DNA of 52,334 nucleotides from Frankiaceae bacterium (lineage in GTDB: Bacteria > Actinomycetota > Actinomycetes > JAFAQI01). A program made the position numbers and the translations under genes. Numbering within the stretch: the first letter of the stretch is position 1; each line of letters begins with the position of its first letter. Location: contig JAICMG010000005.1 of NCBI GenBank assembly GCA_025929365.1, forward strand, positions 1 to 52,334, given 5' to 3'. The notes under the pieces are model-generated. The model saw only the letters and a program-made list of their open reading frames with translations, made no database searches and had not been told where the DNA came from. Positions 45,942 to 52,334 of the stretch are shown here, one piece after another.

Positions 45942-46095
45942 CGTCGCCCTCTCGGCCGTGCCGAACTCGTTGAATCACGATCCACGTCGCGAAGATGAGG
46001 AAGACCGCGGCGGCCGCGATGGCGACACCCAGGCTGCCCCATGCCGGGTGTGGGTCGATCAGGACCTTCTTCGCGCCGTCGGCGAGCAGATTCAT
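45928..46095 (-). CDS. 55-aa single-pass membrane protein (absent from ORF track)
   Basis: [59 protein letters not shown] overlap with the pyrC stop, 14-nt overlap with the carA start. Confidence 0.72.
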   Translation of the reverse strand: MNLLADGAKKVLIDPHPAWGSLGVAIAAAAVFLIFATWIVIQRVRHGREGDDDKQ

Positions 46096-47369
46096 ACGGC
46101 CTTGCCGTCCAAGACCGTCGCTTTGCCGCGGAGGAACGTCGCGACCACCCGGGCCGCGAGCTCACGGCCGGCGAAGGGGGTGTTGCGGCTGCGACTCGCC
46201 GACAGGGTCGCGTCGACCGTCCACCGAGCTGCCGGGTCGACCAGCACGACGTTCGCCGGCGCTCCGGGCTCGAGCGGCTGGCCCTGTCGCGTCAGCCGGC
46301 CGATCGCCGCCGGCCGGACACTCATCCGGTCCGCGACTCCGGCCCAGTCCAGCAGGCCGGTCTCGACCATCGAGGTCGCGACGACCGACAGCGCGGTCTC
46401 CAGCCCGGTCATGCCGAAGGCGGCGGCGGCGAACTCCGTCTCCTTGTCCTCCAGTGCGTGCGGCGCGTGGTCGGTCGCCACCGCGTCGATCGTGCCGTCC
46501 GCGAGAGCGGCGCGAAGCGCGACCACGTCGTCGTTCGTGCGCAGCGGCGGGTTGACCTTGAACACCGGGTCGTACGACGCGACCAGGTCATCGGTGAGCA
46601 GCAGGTGGTGCGGGGTGACCTCGGCGGTGACGTTCCATCCCTTGGCCTTGGCCCAGCGCACCAGCTCGACGGAGCCGGCGGTCGACACGTGGCAGAAGTG
46701 CACGCGCGAGCGGACGTGCGCCGCGAGCAGGCAGTCGCGCGCGACGATGGCCTCCTCCGCGACCGCCGGCCAGCCGGCGAGACCGAGCGTGGCCGACCAT
46801 TCGCCTTCGTTCATCTGCGCGGACTCCGTCAGCCGCGGGTCCTGCGCGTGCTGCGCGACGACGCCGTCGAACGCCTTGACGTACTCCAGCGCGCGCCGCA
46901 TGAGCAGCGGGTCGTGCACGCAGTTGCCGTCGTCAGAGAAGACCCGCACCCGTGCCGCTGAGTCCGCCATCGCACCCAGCTCCGCGAGGCGCTCCCCCGC
47001 GAGACCGACGGTGACCGCACCGACCGGGTGGACGTCACAGTGCCCGGCCTCCTGACCGAGCCGCCAGACCTGCTCGACGACCCCGGCCACGTCGGCCACC
47101 GGGTCGGTGTTGGCCATCGCGTGAACCGCGGTGAACCCGCCGAGCGCGGCGGCGCGGGTACCCGTCTCGACCGTCTCGGCGTCTTCGCGACCGGGCTCCC
47201 GCAGGTGCGTGTGCAGGTCGACGAAGCCCGGCAGCGCGATCAGGCCGTCGGCGTCGATGACATCGGCCTTGGCGGGCGCCTCCTCCACGAGCTCGCCGCC
47301 GTCGACGTACAGGTCACGCGCCTCGCCCCCGAGCGGTCGCGCGCCCCTGATCACGTATCTCGACATCAT
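46092..47369 (-). CDS. pyrC: Dihydroorotase
   Basis: [40 protein letters not shown]. Confidence 0.97.
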   Translation of the reverse strand: MMSRYVIRGARPLGGEARDLYVDGGELVEEAPAKADVIDADGLIALPGFVDLHTHLREPGREDAETVETGTRAAALGGFTAVHAMANTDPVADVAGVVEQVWRLGQEAGHCDVHPVGAVTVGLAGERLAELGAMADSAARVRVFSDDGNCVHDPLLMRRALEYVKAFDGVVAQHAQDPRLTESAQMNEGEWSATLGLAGWPAVAEEAIVARDCLLAAHVRSRVHFCHVSTAGSVELVRWAKAKGWNVTAEVTPHHLLLTDDLVASYDPVFKVNPPLRTNDDVVALRAALADGTIDAVATDHAPHALEDKETEFAAAAFGMTGLETALSVVATSMVETGLLDWAGVADRMSVRPAAIGRLTRQGQPLEPGAPANVVLVDPAARWTVDATLSASRSRNTPFAGRELAARVVATFLRGKATVLDGKAV

Positions 47370-48313
47370 GCTGCGACCTCGTCCGCACCGGACACGTCGA
47401 TCAAGCCGCCGAGCAGGAGATAGAGGACCGCCATCCGGACCGACACGCCGTTGGCGACCTGCTCGACGATCGTCGAGCGCACGCTGTCCGCGACCTCGGC
47501 GGCGATCTCGACGCCTCGGTTCATCGGGCCCGGGTGCATGACGATCGCGTCGTCGGGCAGTGTCGCCATCCGCTCGGCGTCCAGGCCGTAGCGGCGCGAG
47601 TACTCGCGCGTCGTCGGGAAGAACCCGCCGTGCATTCGCTCGTGCTGCACCCGCAGCATCATCACGACGTCGCTCTTGGGCAGCACTGCGTCGAGGTCGT
47701 ACGACACCGCGCACGGCCACGCGGTGACGCCGACCGGCAGCAGTGTCGGCGGCGCGACGATCGTCACCTCGGCACCGAGCGTGTACAGCAGCAACACGTT
47801 GCTACGCGCGACCCGCGAGTGCAGGACGTCGCCGACGATCGCCACCTGCAGGCCCTCGACGCGACCGGTACGCCGGCGCATCGTGTAGGCGTCGAGCAGC
47901 GCCTGAGTGGGGTGCTCGTGCGTCCCGTCGCCGGCGTTGATGACGCTGCCACGGATCCAGTTGGCCAGCCGGTGCGGTGCACCGCTTGCCGAGTGGCGGA
48001 CGACAACCGCGTCGGACCCCATCGCTTCCAACGTCAACGCGGTGTCCTTCAGCGACTCGCCCTTGCTGACGCTCGAGCCCTTCGCGGAGAAGTTGATGAC
48101 GTCGGCCGACAGCCGCTTGGCCGCCACCTCGAACGACGTCCGCGTCCGCGTCGAGTCCTCGAAGAACAGGTTGACGACGGTGCGTCCGCGCAAGGTGGGC
48201 AGCTTCTTGATGCTGCGCCCGGCGAGCGCGGCGTCCATGTCGGCCGCGGTGTCGAGGACGAGCAGCGCATCGTCGCGGCTCAAGTCTCCGGCGGAGAGCA
48301 GGTGGCGGTTCAT
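47366..48313 (-). CDS. pyrB: Aspartate carbamoyltransferase catalytic subunit
   Basis: [37 protein letters not shown]. Confidence 0.98.
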   Translation of the reverse strand: MNRHLLSAGDLSRDDALLVLDTAADMDAALAGRSIKKLPTLRGRTVVNLFFEDSTRTRTSFEVAAKRLSADVINFSAKGSSVSKGESLKDTALTLEAMGSDAVVVRHSASGAPHRLANWIRGSVINAGDGTHEHPTQALLDAYTMRRRTGRVEGLQVAIVGDVLHSRVARSNVLLLYTLGAEVTIVAPPTLLPVGVTAWPCAVSYDLDAVLPKSDVVMMLRVQHERMHGGFFPTTREYSRRYGLDAERMATLPDDAIVMHPGPMNRGVEIAAEVADSVRSTIVEQVANGVSVRMAVLYLLLGGLIDVSGADEVAA

Positions 48314-48918
48314 CGCGTGACCTCCTCTGGCGCAGCGGCCGGCTCACGCTTGAGGTCAGCCGGACCGAGCAGGACGGCGTCGCGTCCGTCGTGCTCGTCG
48401 AGCAACACGTGCACGGTCTCGGTGAGCGACGTCGGGATGTTCTTGCCGACGTAGTCGGCCTTGACCGGGAGCTCGCGATGGCCGCGATCGACCAGCACTG
48501 CGAGCTGTACCGCTTTTGGCCGGCCGATGTCGGAGAGCGCGTCCAGCGCCGAGCGGACGGTCCGGCCGGAGAAGAGGACGTCGTCGACCAGGACGACGAT
48601 CAGGTCGTCGATCCCGGCGGCCGGGATGTCGGTGGGCTCGAGCGCACGGACGCCCCGCAGCCGCAGGTCGTCGCGGTACATCGTGACGTCGAGCGCGCCC
48701 ACCGGCACCTCGACGTTCTCGATGTCGGCGATCCGGGCCGCGATCCGGCGCGCGAGCGTCACGCCACGGGTCGGGATGCCGAGCAGGACGATCTGATCCG
48801 CGCCGTTTCGCTCGACGATCTCGTGTGCGATCCGGGTCAGCGCCCGCGCCACGTCCTCGGCTTCGAGCACGGGTCGCGCAATCGACGGATCACCCGTCAC
48901 AGGGCGGGCAGCATCCAC
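48310..48918 (-). CDS. pyrR: Bifunctional pyr regulator / uracil phosphoribosyltransferase
   Basis: [48 protein letters not shown]. Start set at GTG 48918. Confidence 0.96.
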   Translation of the reverse strand: MDAARPVTGDPSIARPVLEAEDVARALTRIAHEIVERNGADQIVLLGIPTRGVTLARRIAARIADIENVEVPVGALDVTMYRDDLRLRGVRALEPTDIPAAGIDDLIVVLVDDVLFSGRTVRSALDALSDIGRPKAVQLAVLVDRGHRELPVKADYVGKNIPTSLTETVHVLLDEHDGRDAVLLGPADLKREPAAAPEEVTR

Positions 48919-48925
48919 CGAGACA

Positions 48926-48960
48926 CCTCCTTGCCCGCCTCGCAGGACGGGATTAAAGGA
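48926..48960 (-). promoter_or_regulatory. PyrR-binding RNA element overlapping the pyrR Shine-Dalgarno
   Basis: TCCTTTAATCCCGTCCTGCGAGGCGGGCAAGGAGG matches the CUUUAA / GUCCNGNGAGGC binding-loop consensus; TCCTT can pair with AAGGA. Confidence 0.88.
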
Positions 48961-49027
48961 CGTTGTCGTACGACCTCGACAGTAGCAGTCGCGCGCAGCG
49001 AGAAGCGGGCTTATCGAGACGCGTGGC

Positions 49028-50248
49028 TCACCCCGGCGCGGGCGCCGGTGACGGCTCGACCTCGAGCGCAGCTGCCGGGGCCTCGTGCGGCGGCGGCGTA
49101 CGGGTCTCCGCGACGATCGCCACGATGACGGCAAGTCCCCAGACCAGCTTTCCCCACTCGAGGGCCACGACCCACGAATGGAAAGAAGCACCGGTGATGA
49201 CGGTCGGCACGTAGGCGAGGACACCTTCGACGAGCAACGTGGCCGCGCTGTAAACCGGCAGTTTCGTCAGCCGTCCGGGACGGATGAGGTCCCACGCGAG
49301 CGCGAACAGGACCGGACCCATGCTGTAGTACGTGGCAGGATAAGGGTCGGTCAGCACACGCAGCGCGATGGCGGCAAGCGGCGCCGCGAGCCACGCGTTG
49401 CCGGGCCGCTTCGCCACCCACACACCGAGTGCGATGCCGCCGACGAACTGCACGGGACGCAGCCAGCGATAGACGTCGCCGTGCACGCCAATCAGCCACC
49501 ACGCGGTGCCGGGGGAGACGGGCACCGGGAACGTGCTGAGAGCGTGAAACGTCCCGCTCGCCCCGAGCACGAACGGCGCCCACCAGGCCGCCGCGACCGC
49601 GACGGTCAGCATCGCGGCTGGGCTTCGCCTCCCACGCGGTAGGCCGATCAGCACCGGGGCGAGCATCAGCGCCCACGGCCTCGCGGCGATCGCGGTACCC
49701 ACCAGCAGGCCGACCAGCCACCACGCTCGGCGCCGTTGGATCAACAGGCAGGCGAACGCGGTGAACGACAACGCCATCGCGTCGTCGAGATGGTGCCACT
49801 GCGCGACGTTGTAGCTCCAGACGATCATCACCCCCGCGCCCACGACCAGCGTGGTGAGGAGCCGGCGCCTGTCGGAGACGCCCGGCAGCACCTGGCGCGC
49901 GATGGCCTCGACCGCGGCGATCGACGCCACACCGAGCACAACCATCACCATCACGAAGGCGATGTTCAGGGGCCACGGCGAGACCCACTGCAGCGCCGTC
50001 AACGGCAGCCACGCGGGGGGACCGACCTGGATGGCCGGTAGACGCGCGTAGAGCCCGAGTCGGTTGCCCGCGTAGACCGGCTCGTGGTGGAAGTGGATGA
50101 ACGAGCGAGCGGCGCTTTCGAAGGCGAGCCAGTCGGTCGGCACGAGACGCTTGCCGTGCAGGTCCGTGGCGGCCCATGCCACACCCAGGATGACCAGGAT
50201 TGCGTAGGCCGCCACCCGGCCGGTCCGGCCACCGACCGATCCGAACAC
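49028..50248 (-). CDS. Polytopic membrane protein, possibly GT-C/GT87-like glycosyltransferase
   Basis: About ten hydrophobic segments; DW...Y...QVGPP loop after TM1 and a WHHLDD motif. Function tentative. Confidence 0.6.
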   Translation of the reverse strand: MFGSVGGRTGRVAAYAILVILGVAWAATDLHGKRLVPTDWLAFESAARSFIHFHHEPVYAGNRLGLYARLPAIQVGPPAWLPLTALQWVSPWPLNIAFVMVMVVLGVASIAAVEAIARQVLPGVSDRRRLLTTLVVGAGVMIVWSYNVAQWHHLDDAMALSFTAFACLLIQRRRAWWLVGLLVGTAIAARPWALMLAPVLIGLPRGRRSPAAMLTVAVAAAWWAPFVLGASGTFHALSTFPVPVSPGTAWWLIGVHGDVYRWLRPVQFVGGIALGVWVAKRPGNAWLAAPLAAIALRVLTDPYPATYYSMGPVLFALAWDLIRPGRLTKLPVYSAATLLVEGVLAYVPTVITGASFHSWVVALEWGKLVWGLAVIVAIVAETRTPPPHEAPAAALEVEPSPAPAPG

Positions 50249-50250
50249 GC

Positions 50251-50667
50251 CTACCCCCTCAGATCCGACGCTGCCGTCTCGCGCACCACACGGGCGAGCA
50301 CCGCGTTGACGAATGCCGGCGAGTCATCCGTCGACAGCGACTTTGCCAGCTCGACCGCCTCGTCGATGGCCACTGCGGTGGGGACATCGTCGCACCACAG
50401 CAGCTCGTACACGCCCAACCGCAGCACGGCGCGGTCCACCGAGGGCATCCGGTCGATCGCCCAGCCGTCGGAGCAGGCCGACAGCAGCTCGTCGATTCGG
50501 GCGCAGTGGTCCGCGACGCCGATGACGAGCTCCTTCGCGTAGACCTGGACGGGAGGGTCCGCCCGGCTCACCCACTGCTCGAGAGTGGTTCGCGGATCGA
50601 CCCGGCGCTGGTCGGCTTCGAAAAGGACGTCGAGCGCGCGCTTGCGAGCCTTGCTACGAGCGGCCAC
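50251..50667 (-). CDS. nusB: Transcription antitermination factor NusB
   Basis: ARSKARKRALDVLFE, W..DRM..VDRAVLRLG, AIDEAVELAK, FVNAVL. Confidence 0.97.
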   Translation of the reverse strand: MAARSKARKRALDVLFEADQRRVDPRTTLEQWVSRADPPVQVYAKELVIGVADHCARIDELLSACSDGWAIDRMPSVDRAVLRLGVYELLWCDDVPTAVAIDEAVELAKSLSTDDSPAFVNAVLARVVRETAASDLRG

Positions 50668-50676
50668 CCAAGACGA

Positions 50677-51240
50677 CTAGGAGTTGACGCGGCCGATGTA
50701 CCGGCCGTCGCGAGTGTCGACCTTGATCTTCTCGCCCTGCGTCACGAACAGCGGGACCTGCACCGTCGCGCCGGTCTCGAGCGTGGCGGGCTTGGTGCCA
50801 CCGGTGGAGCGGTCGCCCTGCACGCCGGGCTCGGTGTAGGTGATCGTGAGCTCGACGGAGGCGGGCAGCTCGACGTACAGCACCGTGTCGTCGTGGACCG
50901 CGACCGTCGCGTTGGTGTTCTCGAGCAGGTAGTCCTTCGCGTCGCCGACGGCAGATGCGGGGACATGCATCTGGTCGTAGGTGTCGGTGTCCATGAACAC
51001 GAAGTCGGAGCCGTCGGCGTAGAGGTAGGTCATCTCCCGCTTGTCCACGGTCGCGGTGTCGATCTTCACGCCCGCATTGAATGTGCGCTCGACGACCTGG
51101 CCGGTGAGCACGTTCTTGAGCTTGCTGCGCACGAAGGCGCCGCCCTTGCCGGGCTTGACGTGCTGGAACTCCACGACGTTCCAGAGCACGCCGTCGAGGT
51201 CGAGCGTCATCCCGTTCTTGAGGTCGTTCGTCGTCGCCAC
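50677..51240 (-). CDS. efp: Elongation factor P
   Basis: [29 protein letters not shown]. Confidence 0.98.
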   Translation of the reverse strand: MATTNDLKNGMTLDLDGVLWNVVEFQHVKPGKGGAFVRSKLKNVLTGQVVERTFNAGVKIDTATVDKREMTYLYADGSDFVFMDTDTYDQMHVPASAVGDAKDYLLENTNATVAVHDDTVLYVELPASVELTITYTEPGVQGDRSTGGTKPATLETGATVQVPLFVTQGEKIKVDTRDGRYIGRVNS

Positions 51241-51262
51241 GGCGAACAGACTACGGAACCGC

Positions 51263-52334
51263 TCAGATCTCGATGAGGTCGCGCGGTGACGTCGTGAGCG
51301 ACTCGGCGCCAGAGTCGGTGACCAGGACGGTGTCCTCGATCCGTACGCCGCCCCGGCCTTCGAGGTAGATGCCGGGCTCGATCGTCACGACCATCCCTGC
51401 CTCGAGTGCGGAGGCCGGCGATCGCTCGGTGAGGAACGGGTCCTCGTGAATCTCCAGGCCGACGCCGTGACCGAGCCCGTGCGACACGTGGTGACGCGCC
51501 GCGCCGATCCGCTGGCGCATGTCCGCATCGAGCTCGGCCGGGATGGCTCCGGGAGAGACCGCCGTTGCGAGGTCCGCCTGAATCGCCCGAACCGCGCCAT
51601 GCAGCTCGCGCTGCCAGGCAGCCGCCGGCCCCATGACAACGGTGCGGGTCATGTCCGCGTGGTAGCCGTCGACCATCGCGCCGAAGTCGAGCTTGATCAG
51701 GTCGCCCCGACACAGGAGCGTGCCGGATGGGTGGTGGTGGGGGCTTGCCGCGTTGGCGCCGAAGGCGACGATGCTCGGAAACGATGCCCCGTCGGCACCG
51801 GCCGCCCGCAGCGCCCCGAGCAGCGCCCACTCGGCGTCCCGCTCGGTCATGCCGATCTTGAGGAGCGTCAGCATCGCCGCGAGCGCGCGATCGGTGGCCG
51901 CGCAAGCGCGCCGCAGGGCCTCGACCTCACTCGCGTCCTTCACCACGCGCAGGCCCTCGACCAGCCTCCCGGCCGGAACGAGCTCGACTCGACCGTCCGC
52001 GACGGTTTCGAGCGCCTGGAGTGCCTCGACGGTGAGGTGATGGGCCTCGATGCCGATCCGCGCACGTCCGCTGCGGGCAGCCCCGTCGACCAGCGCCGGA
52101 CCCACCCGCGCCGTCTCCACCACCTCGACATCAGGCGCCTCGACTGCGGCCTGCAGGATATATCGCCCATCAGTGGCTAAAACTGGCGTTTCCCCACGAA
52201 TGAGCAGCAAAGCACCGTTCGAGCCGGTGAAGTCGGACAGGTAACGGACGTTCTCCGGTCGGGTCACCAGCAGCCCGTCGACGTCGGCGGGAAGCAGCGC
52301 GGCTGCCGCCTCCCGGCGTGTCGCGGTTCGCCCA
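51263..52334 (-). CDS. Xaa-Pro peptidase (M24 family), 5' end outside window
   Basis: [55 protein letters not shown]. Frame open to the edge. Confidence 0.93.
   Translation of the reverse strand, partial: GRTATRREAAAALLPADVDGLLVTRPENVRYLSDFTGSNGALLLIRGETPVLATDGRYILQAAVEAPDVEVVETARVGPALVDGAARSGRARIGIEAHHLTVEALQALETVADGRVELVPAGRLVEGLRVVKDASEVEALRRACAATDRALAAMLTLLKIGMTERDAEWALLGALRAAGADGASFPSIVAFGANAASPHHHPSGTLLCRGDLIKLDFGAMVDGYHADMTRTVVMGPAAAWQRELHGAVRAIQADLATAVSPGAIPAELDADMRQRIGAARHHVSHGLGHGVGLEIHEDPFLTERSPASALEAGMVVTIEPGIYLEGRGGVRIEDTVLVTDSGAESLTTSPRDLIEI

Overview
GC-rich actinobacterial core-genome segment. All but one gene lie on the minus strand and are transcribed toward a 16S rRNA gene whose 5' part is at the left edge. 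In transcription order (right to left): partial M24 peptidase, efp, nusB, a membrane protein, the pyr operon (pyrR-pyrB-pyrC-small ORF-carA-carB-pyrK-pyrD-pyrF), mihF-gmk-rpoZ-coaBC-GNAT-metK-priA, one plus-strand secreted protein, def-fmt-rsmB-rpe-MDMPI, an FMN riboswitch with ribD-ribE-ribBA-ribH-hisG, an AbiEi/DUF559 nuclease-like gene, infC-rpmI-rplT, TrmH methylase, an orphan PAS histidine kinase, an NMT1/THI5-type ABC transporter, pheS-pheT, the arg operon (argC-J-B-D-[response regulator]-F-R-G-H), mpg, tyrS, then the rrn promoter/leader and 16S rRNA. Two things are not explained by the standard annotation. (1) The AbiEi/DUF559 gene is bracketed by two homologous ~65-bp palindromes in inverted orientation, a REP/RAYT-like layout without a tyrosine transposase. 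(2) A family of ~55-70-bp MIRU-like elements sits at operon junctions; three of the four copies carry a two-hairpin layout and a mini-ORF starting at the upstream stop codon, and two of these mini-ORF chains end on the downstream start codon. Also noted: a 55-aa membrane protein missing from the ORF track, an ATC start for infC, ARG boxes, a PyrR site and probable leaderless genes. Family assignments come from motif recognition and gene order only; no database searches were run.
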